The notes under the pieces were generated by a model, which searched no databases, had not been told where the DNA came from, and was given only the letters and a program-made list of their open reading frames with translations. Shown here piece after piece: positions 1 through 10,038 of a DNA stretch of 64,000 nucleotides (positions within the stretch are counted from its first letter, which is position 1; each line of letters starts with the position of its first letter). Origin of the DNA: Dehalococcoidia bacterium. GTDB taxonomy: Bacteria; Chloroflexota; Dehalococcoidia; Bin125. The DNA lies in assembly GCA_963662615.2 (NCBI GenBank), contig CAXXSR010000001.1, positions 1,632,001 to 1,696,000 of the forward strand. The letters run 5' to 3'. The translations under genes were made by a program, and so were the position numbers.

Positions 1-274
1 CGGTCGCGACGACCTTGCCCAAGTGCGCCGGATTGCGCATGCCGATGGGCGTCACCAGGGTGCCGATCTGTACCCGCTCCGTGACGGCCGCCAGCGCCGA
101 CACCAATGACCACGCCTCCAGGATGGGAACAGCGGGCGACTGCGGTCCGTAGAGGTGGTCGCTGACCCAAAGTGAATCGAAGCCCATGGACTCGAAGGCG
201 GTGGCGGCGCGCTTGGTCTCCTCCCACGATCGGCGGATCTGGGGGACGGTGACGCCAAAGTGGACAGCGGGCAT
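1..274 (-). CDS. LLM-class (luciferase-like, probably F420-dependent) oxidoreductase, N-terminal part; runs off the window
   Basis: Manual translation MPAVHFGVTVPQ...GFDSLWVSDHLYG...LEAWSLVSALAAVTERVQIGTLVT...RNPAHLGK; GGAGG RBS upstream. Confidence 0.85.
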   Translation of the reverse strand, partial: MPAVHFGVTVPQIRRSWEETKRAATAFESMGFDSLWVSDHLYGPQSPAVPILEAWSLVSALAAVTERVQIGTLVTPIGMRNPAHLGKVVAT

Positions 275-449
275 TCCGCGACCTCCAACCGCCTGTCTCC
301 GCAGGCGCGCAGGCTAACCGGAGGGCGGGGGCGCCCGCCAGCCGCGGCCCACCGCGGGGCCCAGACCGGGGCCCGCGGCTTCCCGGGGGCGGCGGGGGCT
401 CGGGTGACCCCAGCGTGAGCCTCCTAGCGAGCGGGAGGCCGCGGCCGAT

Positions 450-497
450 CCGCTCAGCGCGTCACGCCAGAGGCCGCTCAGCGCGTCACGCCAGAGG
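450..497. repeat. 24-bp perfect tandem repeat x2 (CCGCTCAGCGCGTCACGCCAGAGG)
   Basis: Read directly: 450-473 and 474-497. Confidence 0.9.
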
Positions 498-625
498 GGA
501 GGGCTGAGTCTATGGCGTGGACGGTCCTCTCACCGCGAGAGAGGTCCCAGCGGCAAAGAGGAGAAAGCGCCCGCCCCCGGAGATTTGCACTCTGGGGTCA
601 CGGCGGCGCCGAACGGAGAGGCACC

Positions 626-853
626 ATGCTCCGTGAACTTGTCCGAATCAGTTGCATCGCCTGTGGGAGAAGCCTCGGTCATCTGGAGCGGTTGCAGTCA
701 GCGTTGCGCTTTGTGCCCGCAGCCAAGCTTCCCACCACCGCGCAGCTGGTCCCGGGAGGTGCAACCTCGCCCCACTGCGGTCGCTGCGGCGGCCGGGCGG
801 TGATTGACCGCGTCGACCGGCTGGTCAGCTACGAGGCCATGCCGATCGGCTGA
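626..853 (+). CDS. small zinc-ribbon-like protein
   Basis: CIAC...CGRC pair; GGAGAGG RBS before ATG 626. Confidence 0.6.
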   Translation: MLRELVRISCIACGRSLGHLERLQSALRFVPAAKLPTTAQLVPGGATSPHCGRCGGRAVIDRVDRLVSYEAMPIG

Positions 854-881
854 CGCCGGGTATCAGACCAGGGGGGGTGCC

Positions 882-1061
882 ATGAGCGACATGGAGAAGC
901 GCCAGGGCGGCAGCGCGCGACCGCACAGCAAGGCGGGCTTCTGCCACTTGTGCGAGCAACCGCTCGACGATCACGAATTTCGCGATTTGAAGACGTTTCA
1001 GTGGCTTGAAGAGCCCCAGTGCGCGCCCAAGACCGCGTACGGCGGGCGCCGGAGCCGCTAG
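882..1061 (+). CDS. small Cys/His-containing hypothetical protein
   Basis: CHLC...H...C; G-rich RBS before ATG 882. Confidence 0.45.
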   Translation: MSDMEKRQGGSARPHSKAGFCHLCEQPLDDHEFRDLKTFQWLEEPQCAPKTAYGGRRSR

Positions 1062-1178
1062 CCTTCTCACGAGCTACCTGGCGGGCCTCATCGCGACCCC
1101 CGGCTGATAGCAGCGGATTGCTGCAGCGCTTCCGTCATCTCGATATCGAGGGGCGACAAGAGCAGCGGCGCGGCGCAG

Positions 1179-2588
1179 TTAGGATTTCGAAGCCGCCGCC
1201 CCGGACTGCTCCATCGTGGCTTGCCAGGCGGCGAAGCCGCCGGCGAGGTCGGTGACGTCGTCGAAGCCGTGGCGACGCAGGAGGCTGACCGCGATGGCGG
1301 AGCGGTAACCGCCCGCGCAGTGGATGGCGACGCGGCGGTCGCGGGGCAGCTCGTCCATGCGCGCTCCCAACTCCGTGAGGACGATGTGCACGCTCCCCGG
1401 AATCGTGCCCTGCTCAAGTTCCGCGGCGTTGCGCACGTCGAGCACCAAAGGTGGATTCGGAGTGCGCAGCTCCTCGTCGAGGGTGGCGGGGGCGAGGCGG
1501 TCGAACTGGCCGACGAGGTCGGGGCGCGTCTCGAGCGCGGCCATCCCGTCCTCCAGGTAGCCCGCGACGTTGTCGAAGCCGATGCGGCCCAAGCGCAGGG
1601 CCGCTTCGTCCTCTTGCCCCGGCTCCGTCACGACGATGATGGGACGTTCAGGCGAGAGCAGGATGCCGGCCCAACTTGCGTACTGTCCACCGAGCCCGAT
1701 GTTGGTTGAACCGACGAGGTGCGCGGCGGCGAAGGGACCGGGCTCGCGCACGTCCAGCAGTTGGGCGCCGGCGTTGGACAGTCGCAGCGCCTCATCGAGG
1801 GGGAGCGGCTGCAGCTCGCGCTCGAGCGTTGCATCGAGAGTGGGGCGCTCGCGGCGATTGAGGGTGGCGTCGTAGGAGAAGTAGTCGGGCGTGTCGAGTT
1901 GGTCGGCGGTGACGAGACGGATGAACTCTTCCTTGTTCATGGGCTGCAATGCGTAGTTGTAGCGGCGCTGGACGCCCATGGTGGAGGAGGTGTCGGCGCT
2001 GAGATTCTTGCCGCAGAGGGAGCCAGCTCCGTGGGCCGGGTAGATCAGCGTGTCGTCCGGGAGCGGGAGGAGCTTTGTGTGCAGCGAGTCGTACAACATC
2101 GCGGCCAGCTCTTCAGCGCTCACCCCCACGGAGGCCATGAGGTCAGGCCGGCCAACGTCGCCAATGAACAAGGTATCGCCGGTCAGCACGGCGTGAGGGC
2201 GGCGCGCGGATTTGGCCAGATCAAAGACCAGGAGGGAGATCGCTTCGGGAGTGTGGCCCGGGGTCTCAAGGATCTGGAGGCGGGTCTGGCCGAACTCGAT
2301 GACCTCGCCGTCGTGGAGAGGCGTGAATCGATAGTCCGCTTCCGCCGCCGCGCCCAGACAGATCTCGGCGCCAGCGCGATCCCTGAGCTCAATGTGCCCG
2401 GCCACGAAGTCGGCGTGGAAATGGGTCAGGATCACCCGATCGATCTTGAGGCCGCGTTCCTGGGCGTCGTCAAGGTACTGGTCGACGTCGCGCTGCGGAT
2501 CAACAATGAGCGCCGTCCCACTCTGTTTGTCGCCGATGAGGTAGGAGGCATGGGCCAGGCAATCGAGGTAATACTGCTTGAGCAGCAT
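1179..2588 (-). CDS. MBL-fold hydrolase/persulfide dioxygenase with two rhodanese domains
   Basis: THFHADF, PGHTPE, TGDTLF, PAHGAG; rhodanese motif HCAGGYRS. Confidence 0.9.
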   Translation of the reverse strand: MLLKQYYLDCLAHASYLIGDKQSGTALIVDPQRDVDQYLDDAQERGLKIDRVILTHFHADFVAGHIELRDRAGAEICLGAAAEADYRFTPLHDGEVIEFGQTRLQILETPGHTPEAISLLVFDLAKSARRPHAVLTGDTLFIGDVGRPDLMASVGVSAEELAAMLYDSLHTKLLPLPDDTLIYPAHGAGSLCGKNLSADTSSTMGVQRRYNYALQPMNKEEFIRLVTADQLDTPDYFSYDATLNRRERPTLDATLERELQPLPLDEALRLSNAGAQLLDVREPGPFAAAHLVGSTNIGLGGQYASWAGILLSPERPIIVVTEPGQEDEAALRLGRIGFDNVAGYLEDGMAALETRPDLVGQFDRLAPATLDEELRTPNPPLVLDVRNAAELEQGTIPGSVHIVLTELGARMDELPRDRRVAIHCAGGYRSAIAVSLLRRHGFDDVTDLAGGFAAWQATMEQSGAAASKS

Positions 2589-2685
2589 GCACGGTCCCTT
2601 CGCGGTGTCTTCGCCGTCATGATAGCGGAGGCACCGCGCCCTCCGCGGGCGCGTGCATCGGGGACGCAGCGCGAAGTCGTGCCGG

Positions 2686-3579
2686 TCAGATCAGCCCCAC
2701 GTCGCTGAGTTCCGGCCAGCCGCCATGATAGGCTCCCCAGCCGACGAGGACGCCGATTGCCACGGCAACCGCCGTCAGGCAAAACGTGAACAGCGCGGCG
2801 CGTCGCAATGGCGGCGCCGAACGGTAGAGAAACGCCGCGAAAACGAGGGTCAATACGAAGAAGGAGAACGTGAGAGGGACGACCGCCGCTTCGATAGAGG
2901 AGAGGCCAAGCGTGACGCCGTAGAGCACCGCGGCCAGCAAGACGGCCGGGCCGGCGCGGGCGTCCGACACTGGCCGCCTTCGCCACAGCACCACAAGGAA
3001 AAAGAGCGGCAGCAGGCCGGCGCCCAGGTACCAGATGTAGTGACTGAGCTGCTCGTCGTAGAAGTGGATGAGATCCGGCAAGGCGCCACTGGCGTTCTCA
3101 GGCACTTGATGTTGGATGGAGTTGGCCGCCAGGTGCATGCCCTGCCCTTGCGTCCAGACGAGGGCGAGCAAGAGAAACGCGAAGCCCAAGCGACCGCCGA
3201 GGCTGCCAACGCTCGCGCGCATCAGCGCCCACGCCGTCGCGAAGACCAGGAGCGGCGTGGCAATGTCCAGGACGTCGCCCCACTCGATGTCCCGCCGCAG
3301 GGGAAATTCCTGATGAAAGAGGGCGGGTGCGCTGATGAAGAAGGCGTAGATGACGGAAAAGAGGACGAACAGGATCCAGCTGCGGCGGGGCGCCGTGGCA
3401 GCGCCGCCCGGTCCGGCATGGCCGCCGTCGCTGGGTGCGCGACGCGACCGTCGCGGTGTCGCCCAGGCCGCCAATCGGGCCGTCGCGGGGATCACGGCCC
3501 GAGGCCGGCGGATACGCAATCCTGGGGCCATGCAGCCTCCTTGTCGGTGCGCCGGCGTCCTCGGCAGCGGCCACATCAC
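2686..3579 (-). CDS. multi-pass membrane protein (start uncertain)
   Basis: About 7 hydrophobic segments; GQGMHLAANSI and YDEQLSH conserved-looking motifs. Confidence 0.65.
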   Translation of the reverse strand: MMWPLPRTPAHRQGGCMAPGLRIRRPRAVIPATARLAAWATPRRSRRAPSDGGHAGPGGAATAPRRSWILFVLFSVIYAFFISAPALFHQEFPLRRDIEWGDVLDIATPLLVFATAWALMRASVGSLGGRLGFAFLLLALVWTQGQGMHLAANSIQHQVPENASGALPDLIHFYDEQLSHYIWYLGAGLLPLFFLVVLWRRRPVSDARAGPAVLLAAVLYGVTLGLSSIEAAVVPLTFSFFVLTLVFAAFLYRSAPPLRRAALFTFCLTAVAVAIGVLVGWGAYHGGWPELSDVGLI

Positions 3580-3915
3580 GCTGCAACCGGTCGCACGGGC
3601 GCCAACGGCCCACTATACGCGCGCGCGCCTCTCATGCGGATCGCAGCCGCGCGTGTGACCACCGGACCGCTCCGCCCCCGAGCATCCGAAACCATCGTCG
3701 TCGGCGGGGCGCCAGTCCGACAGGGACAGATGACCCATTGAGGACGGGGGCCTCAGCTGATTTGCATGCCAGCGGCGGCCCGGCCCGCACCACCGTCTCC
3801 GTGGTGCGCGTTGTCGCCGGGGTGCGACCGCCGGGCAGTTGTCCTAACCTGGGATGCGCGCTCTCGGCGGTTCGCCTGCGAGGCCCAGGAGCCGGGTCGC
3901 GGTCAAGAGGATGCC

Positions 3916-5166
3916 ATGCGCTCGCGCGCGGTCAGGCGGCAGGTGGGGGTGGGTTCGCTTGTGGCGGCGGCCGTCCTTCTGGTCGCTTGCAGTGGGGGCG
4001 ATGGCGCAGAGCAGGGCGCAGAGCTGCGCCACGAGCAGCGGCTCGCCGTTCAGACCTCGACCGGTGAGATCGACGTGTTCACACGAGACGGCGGCTTGCA
4101 GCGTGTCTCGCCGCCCACGTCTAACGGTGAAGCAACGGCCTATTCCTGGCCGACCTGGTCCCCGGACGGGACCCGGCTCGCTCTGATCACCACCGCGCTC
4201 CGGTCGAACGAGCAGTGGGTAACTATCGTCGCCGCAGACGGCGTCTCAACGGAGCCACGGGCCAGCGAGGAAGAGGGGGACCTGATCTACCTCTCGTGGG
4301 CGCCGGACAGTGCGACGCTTGGCGCCCTCAGCGCAGGCGAACGGAGCGGCGTCGAGCTGCGCTTCCTGGATGGCTCGACGGCGGAACCGCGACCCGCTCG
4401 CGCGCTCCGCGGCTCTACGTTCTACTTTGCCTGGTCTGCGGACAGCGAGCGTTTGCTGTATCGCTCCGGCACCGGCCAGACCGGCGAGGTGGGCATCTTC
4501 TCCTTGGTTGACGGAAGCTTTAGCCATCAGCGTCCGGACGGCGCCGCCGCCTTTCGCGCGCCGTCATGGTCCAGCCTGGACGGTCTCCCACTCGTGGGCC
4601 TGCGCGACGGCGATGGCATGCAGCGCCTGTCCTATCTCCTCGAAGAGGGAGAGGAGCTGGTCGCGGCGCTGGAGGGGGCGCCCGTGTTCGCGCACGCCCA
4701 CAACGGCTCCGCCATTGCCTATGTGCAGCTCACGCCCGGTGGCGGCCTCTTCCGCAACCTCATGCTGGCGGAGCGGGAGACGGGCGAAACACGCCTCCTG
4801 GTGGAGGGTCCGGTCGTGGCGTTCTTCTGGTCGCCGGACGACAGCCGCATCGCCTTCGTGACGCTGTCCGAGGAACGCACGACGTTTCAGTGGAAGGTTG
4901 TGGATGTGCGAACGGGACGGGTGCGGCCGTTGGACGCGTTCAGGCCCAGCAGCTTCGAGTCCTTCTTCCTCTCCTTCTTCGATCAGTACATCCAGTCGAC
5001 CGAGATTTGGTCTGCGGATAGCTCCACAATCGTGATGGCCGGTACCGTCTTCTTCGGGGGCCAGCCCGTGGATGAGCCCGGCATCTACCTCATCGATGCG
5101 GGCGGCGGGCAGGCCGAGCGCTTGGCCGACGGTGTGCTGGCCTTCTGGGAGCCCGTCCGGCCCTAA
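3916..5166 (+). CDS. TolB-like beta-propeller lipoprotein
   Basis: LLVAC lipobox; repeated WSPDG/WAPDS/WSPDD (PD40-like) motifs. Confidence 0.8.
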   Translation: MRSRAVRRQVGVGSLVAAAVLLVACSGGDGAEQGAELRHEQRLAVQTSTGEIDVFTRDGGLQRVSPPTSNGEATAYSWPTWSPDGTRLALITTALRSNEQWVTIVAADGVSTEPRASEEEGDLIYLSWAPDSATLGALSAGERSGVELRFLDGSTAEPRPARALRGSTFYFAWSADSERLLYRSGTGQTGEVGIFSLVDGSFSHQRPDGAAAFRAPSWSSLDGLPLVGLRDGDGMQRLSYLLEEGEELVAALEGAPVFAHAHNGSAIAYVQLTPGGGLFRNLMLAERETGETRLLVEGPVVAFFWSPDDSRIAFVTLSEERTTFQWKVVDVRTGRVRPLDAFRPSSFESFFLSFFDQYIQSTEIWSADSSTIVMAGTVFFGGQPVDEPGIYLIDAGGGQAERLADGVLAFWEPVRP

Positions 5167-5399
5167 GCCCGCGCCACACGTCTTCCAGCTTCCGTCGCTC
5201 GGGCTCGGCCTGACTCCGCAGCCCCCAGCGCGAGCGCCGACTGGCAAGGGTCCCAGGGGGCCTGCGGACGTCATCCCGAACGTCGTCCAACGGTGACGGC
5301 TGCAGGTCGCAGACGACTCAATCGATGAGGCCGGATCACCTATCGGGGAGCGGACCCTACGTCGATTCTCAGAGTGTGTCAGACAAGGGAAGGTGAGCC

Positions 5400-6428
5400 A
5401 TGCCCGCGGACGGTTCGTCTGGTGCTCCTGGACCAGCCCCCACAGAGGTGGCGCCCGACCGTCGCTACCAGCCGGTGCCCAAGGAGATGTTGGCCAGCGG
5501 CTCCCCCGCCGACTTGTACGTGAAGCGGGGTCAGGACTTCCAGCTCTACTACTCCCAGCATGCGGGAGACTGGGACGCGACGTTGGAGCGCATGGACCGG
5601 GCGCTGATCGGAACGCTCTGGGTCGCCGACGAAGACTTCTCGCTCGTCCTGGCGCACGTGTCTGAGGGCGTCACGAGAGTCGCGGCCGACATCAGCCGTG
5701 ATCCCGTTGAGCGCGGCCAACTCGTCTCGCAGCACTGCTATCAGGCCCTTGAGGAGGCGTACAAACACCCGTCCAACTTGGCCGCCTTCGGAGTTGCAAA
5801 GGCGACGAGCGAGTCGGCCGTGCAAGCGCTCGTGGATCATCCGGAGATTCTGCCCGGCATGGCTCTGCTCCTAGGCCACGACTACGACACGTTCTCCCAC
5901 TCCGTTTGCGTGGCAGCATTCACCGTTAGTCTCGGATTGCGCGTCGGCATTTCGGCGCCTCAGGAGATATTGGCCGTCGGTCTCGGTGCGATGTTTCACG
6001 ACTTCGGCAAGGTTCGCGTGCCTCTTGCGATCCTGACCAAGCCCGGTCCGCTCACGGGCTGGGAGATGGAAGTCGTTCGCCACCATCCCGAGTGGGGCCA
6101 AGCGCTGCTGGAGGACTTGCAGGCCACCGACGTCGCCATGGAGCCGGTGCTCTATCATCACGAACGCTTCAACGGCACCGGCTACCCAGCGGGGCTGAGG
6201 CGAGAGGAGATTCCCTTCTCCGCCCGCGTGGCAGCCGTCGCCGATGTGTTTCACGCCATTACCTCCCGTCGGCCCTATCGCGGTCCGCTCGACATGTACG
6301 CTGCGGCGGAGCTGATGGTCCGCCGCATGCCCGGACACTTCGACCCTGACGTGTTGCGCGAGTTCATCCTCCTGCTTGGTGGCGGTAAGCGGTCCGCTCC
6401 CGGTCCCTCAGTGGGTGCGAGCGGCTAG
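5400..6428 (+). CDS. HD-GYP domain phosphodiesterase
   Basis: HDFGK, HHERFNGTGYP, RRPYR. Confidence 0.9.
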   Translation: MPADGSSGAPGPAPTEVAPDRRYQPVPKEMLASGSPADLYVKRGQDFQLYYSQHAGDWDATLERMDRALIGTLWVADEDFSLVLAHVSEGVTRVAADISRDPVERGQLVSQHCYQALEEAYKHPSNLAAFGVAKATSESAVQALVDHPEILPGMALLLGHDYDTFSHSVCVAAFTVSLGLRVGISAPQEILAVGLGAMFHDFGKVRVPLAILTKPGPLTGWEMEVVRHHPEWGQALLEDLQATDVAMEPVLYHHERFNGTGYPAGLRREEIPFSARVAAVADVFHAITSRRPYRGPLDMYAAAELMVRRMPGHFDPDVLREFILLLGGGKRSAPGPSVGASG

Positions 6429-6487
6429 ACGGCTGCGCCCTCAGTGCGTGTCCGGGTAAGGCCGCGGGCGCCAGCTCTCCCACGCCA

Positions 6488-7072
6488 ATGCAGCCGTATG
6501 ATGGACGTTCAGGCTTGGGGCCGGGCGCGGGAAGGCGGCACCCGATGCGACCACCTGCGTGGCTCCGCGAAGGCGGCCGTCGCCTGCGGCGGCCCATGGA
6601 TATCTTCACGGCGACCCGGCCGATGGCAGGGATGACGAGTCGGTACCTGCACTATCTGGACCGGCCCTTGCTGCGGCTGACGCGAGGCCGGGTGGCGACG
6701 ACGTTCGGGTTGCCGACGCTGCTGCTGACGACGACGGGGGCGAAGACGGGCCGGCCGCGATCGGTGCCAGTCTTGTACCTGACGCATGGGGACGCGCTGG
6801 CCGTCATTGGTTCGAACTCCGGGCGCCGGCGGCAACCGGGGTGGTGTTACAACTTGCGCGCGCACCCTGAGGCGGAGGTGTTGTTTGGGGGCGAATCGTT
6901 CCGCTGCCGAGCGCGTGAGGCGTCCGGGGAGGAACGGGAAGCGATCTGGGAGCGGGCGACGAAGATGTACGCGGGGTACGCGCGGTACGCGTCGCGACTG
7001 CGCACACGCGAGATCCCGGTGCTGATCCTGGAGCGGGCGGAACCAGGGGGCGGGGTTGGAGAAGTGCGATAG
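6488..7072 (+). CDS. deazaflavin (F420)-dependent nitroreductase family protein (start uncertain)
   Basis: LLLTTTGAKTGRPRSVP, SNSG...PGWCYNLRAHP, REIPVLILE. Confidence 0.85.
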   Translation: MQPYDGRSGLGPGAGRRHPMRPPAWLREGGRRLRRPMDIFTATRPMAGMTSRYLHYLDRPLLRLTRGRVATTFGLPTLLLTTTGAKTGRPRSVPVLYLTHGDALAVIGSNSGRRRQPGWCYNLRAHPEAEVLFGGESFRCRAREASGEEREAIWERATKMYAGYARYASRLRTREIPVLILERAEPGGGVGEVR

Positions 7073-7212
7073 GCGGCGGCGCGAGCTGCTGCTCTGTTGC
7101 CAACTACGTTCCGTCCCGGCCGATCGCGGTCCTCGTGTTCTGGCCCGGTTCTGTGGAGGCCAGGTTCTATGGAGGCCGTGTTCTATTGAGGCAGTCGCTC
7201 CGGTCGAGCGGA

Positions 7213-8319
7213 TCAGCGGAGGACCCGGCTGGTCCGGCGTTTCACCAGGTCCCAGTCGATCTCGTAGCCCAGCCCCGGCGCCTCCGGCGCGTGGACGAAG
7301 CCGTGATCGTCCACTTCGATATCGCGCACCAGTCCGTACTTGTGCGCCTCCGGCGGTAGCAACACTTCGAAGTAGTCGCAGTTGTTGATCGCCATCGTGA
7401 CGTGGAGATTGGCCACGTTATTCAACGAGTTGCCGCCGTGATGGATCTCGCATTTCATGCGGAAGGCCTCGGCGGTATGGGCAATCATCATCATGGGGGT
7501 GATGCCGCCTTTGACTGCGACGTCGCCGCGGAGCATGTCCGTGGCCCCTTGCAGAATGAACTGCTGCATCCCGTACAGGCCGGCCGGAGCGTATTCCGTC
7601 GCCAGGATGGGAATGTCCAGCTTGCTGCGCAGCTTGACGCAGCCGTAGACGTCCTCTTCCGCCAACGGATCTTCGTACCAGAAATAGTCAAGCGCCTCGA
7701 TCGCGCGACCGACGCGCAGCGCATCTTCATAGCTGTATGCCCAGATCGCGTCCAGCATCAGCACCATCTCGTCACCCACGGCTTCACGGACGGCCCGGCA
7801 GATCCTGATGTCTTCCTTGGGATCGCCGCGCGGGTGGATCTTGTAGGCAGTCCACCCGCGTGCCTGAAAGGACACCGCTTCGTTCGCGTAGTCCTCAGCG
7901 GCGGGGTACGATGCCGAACTCGCGTAGGCGGGGACTTGTTCGCGGCAGGAACCCAAGAGGCGGTGGATGGGCTGTCCGCACACCTTGCCGGCGATATCCC
8001 AGAGCGCCACGTCGACGGCGCCAATGGTCCTGGGCGGCGCTCCGCGGTGGCGGCGCCACATCTCATGCCAGAGGCGGCCGATGTCGAGCGGATTCTGTCC
8101 CATCACGAGCGGCTTCAGGTAGGTCAAGAGGGGACCCATGTCATCGTTCGCATCGCGGATGGATGAGCCCAGAAAGGAGTGGCCCGTGACGCCCTCATCC
8201 GTCTCGATGGTGACGACGGCAAGCTCCTTCGTGCCACCAAAACCTCCGGCGGCGTGGCCGTAGCTCCCTTGCGGCACATCCCATTGAAAGACAGTGAGCG
8301 TCAAATCGGTGATCTTCAT
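7213..8319 (-). CDS. mandelate racemase/muconate lactonizing enzyme family
   Basis: DVALWDIAGK, KIH, MLDA, WYEDP, APGLG. Confidence 0.9.
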   Translation of the reverse strand: MKITDLTLTVFQWDVPQGSYGHAAGGFGGTKELAVVTIETDEGVTGHSFLGSSIRDANDDMGPLLTYLKPLVMGQNPLDIGRLWHEMWRRHRGAPPRTIGAVDVALWDIAGKVCGQPIHRLLGSCREQVPAYASSASYPAAEDYANEAVSFQARGWTAYKIHPRGDPKEDIRICRAVREAVGDEMVLMLDAIWAYSYEDALRVGRAIEALDYFWYEDPLAEEDVYGCVKLRSKLDIPILATEYAPAGLYGMQQFILQGATDMLRGDVAVKGGITPMMMIAHTAEAFRMKCEIHHGGNSLNNVANLHVTMAINNCDYFEVLLPPEAHKYGLVRDIEVDDHGFVHAPEAPGLGYEIDWDLVKRRTSRVLR

Positions 8320-8727
8320 GGGTTCCCTCTCGTGGACTCGTTGAGGGGTGACGCGCCCTTGCCGGGGCGGCTGCAGCGATGGGCCGCCTCGCCCGCACGC
8401 GGGCATTCAGGCGGGCGGATTCTAGGGGGCAACATCAGTGGAGACAAACGGCAACGGGCCAGGCGGAGATCGGCGCGTGGATCCAGAAGTGGCGGGGCGC
8501 CTCCCAGTCCGGCGTCGGCGCGCCTGGGGAGGTCCGCAAGCGACGCATTTCCGCACGCGCGCGACCGCCGCCGACGAGCGCCAGCCGTCCGGGAATGCGG
8601 CATCGCGGATTGTCCTCGTGATGCGCGGCCCCTATCATCCGCCTTACCCAGATAGAGATCGCGTTGGGTGCTCGTCGACGGAGGTGGAGTTCCGAACGCG
8701 AGGCTCTCTTGCAAGGAGGCTGAGATC

Positions 8728-9894
8728 ATGAAGATCACCGCCGTTCGACCTGTGCCGCTCTCGGATCCTATTCCAACGGAGCGGCGGCATCGCACTGATC
8801 TGGGCACAAAGATGAAAACCGACGCCGTGTTGCTGTTCGTGGATACAGACGAGGGGCTCACGGGCATGGGCACGGCGCTTGGCAATCCGCGGGCGGTCGT
8901 GTCCATTGTGGAAGCCGACCTCGCGCCTTACCTGGTCGGGGAGGACCCGCTGTATTCGGAGCGTCTCTACGAGAAGATGTATAACGCCTCCCGCTGGAAG
9001 CCGGCGCTGGAGCGAGGGCATGCGCAACCGGGTGAAGGGCGGAGCGGCGTGACGATGGAGGCGATCGCGGCGCTGGACATTGCCATCTGGGACGTCAAAG
9101 CGCAAGCGCTGGGCGTGCCGATCTATAAGGCGCTGGGCGCCGTCCGCGATTCCGTGCGCGGGTACGGTTCAGGCGGCTGGGCGCCCGGCGACGAGGCAGA
9201 GGCGGAGATGGCGGGCTATGTAGCCAAGGGATTTGGCGCCGTGAAGATGCGCGCGGTGGGGCGGGACGGATTCTCCATTCCCAACGCGGTCCGCCGGGTG
9301 AAGGCCGCGCGCCGCGGCATTGGCCCGGATGTGGAACTGATGCTGGATGCGCACGGCAGCCTGGACATCTCCACGGCGATCCGGCTGGCGCGGGCCCTGG
9401 AGGCGTACGACCTCGCTTGGTTCGAGGAGCCGATAACGCAGGACGACCACCCCGGTCTCGCTGAGGTCCGCCGGTCCACCGTAATCCCCATCGCGACGGG
9501 TGAGCGCGAGTACACTCGCTTTGACTTCGAGGATCTGTTCGAGCACCGCGCTCTGGACATCGCGCAGCCGGACGTCGCGCGCGCGGGCGGCTTCACGGAG
9601 ATCAGACGCATCGCCGCGATGGCGTCGGCGCGTGGGATCAGATTGGCGCCGCACGCCTGGGGAACGGGCGTGCTCTTCGCCGCCAGCATTCACATCGCGA
9701 TGGCGACCCCCAACTGCCACATCTTGGAGGTCAGCATGGGATACATGCCCATGATGTACGAGCTCTTCGAGGAGCCCTTCGACATTCGCGAGGGGACGGT
9801 CCACGCGCCGCAGGGGCCCGGTCTGGGCTTCACGTTGCGCAAGGAGGCGCTGGAGCGGTTCAAGTACGTTGAGGGCCCCGAGTACGTGTTCTAG
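8728..9894 (+). CDS. mandelate racemase/muconate lactonizing enzyme family
   Basis: DIAIWDVKAQ, KMR, WFEEP, ATGE, QPD, GPGLG; AGGAGG RBS. Confidence 0.9.
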   Translation: MKITAVRPVPLSDPIPTERRHRTDLGTKMKTDAVLLFVDTDEGLTGMGTALGNPRAVVSIVEADLAPYLVGEDPLYSERLYEKMYNASRWKPALERGHAQPGEGRSGVTMEAIAALDIAIWDVKAQALGVPIYKALGAVRDSVRGYGSGGWAPGDEAEAEMAGYVAKGFGAVKMRAVGRDGFSIPNAVRRVKAARRGIGPDVELMLDAHGSLDISTAIRLARALEAYDLAWFEEPITQDDHPGLAEVRRSTVIPIATGEREYTRFDFEDLFEHRALDIAQPDVARAGGFTEIRRIAAMASARGIRLAPHAWGTGVLFAASIHIAMATPNCHILEVSMGYMPMMYELFEEPFDIREGTVHAPQGPGLGFTLRKEALERFKYVEGPEYVF

Positions 9895-10038
9895 AGCGGT
9901 ACGGGCGGTGTGCGCGTTCCCTCGCCGCGGCGCTGCCGGCGCGGGGTTCGAGAATCCGGGCCATTGACACCGTAGCGGCAGGCGAGGGGAGGCTCCGCAG
10001 GTCCACTCCCGGCTCCGCTCGAGCCAATCCTTGGCCGC

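Noticed and set aside
450-497. CRISPR array
   Set aside because: Two abutting repeats with no spacer, and no cas genes in the window.
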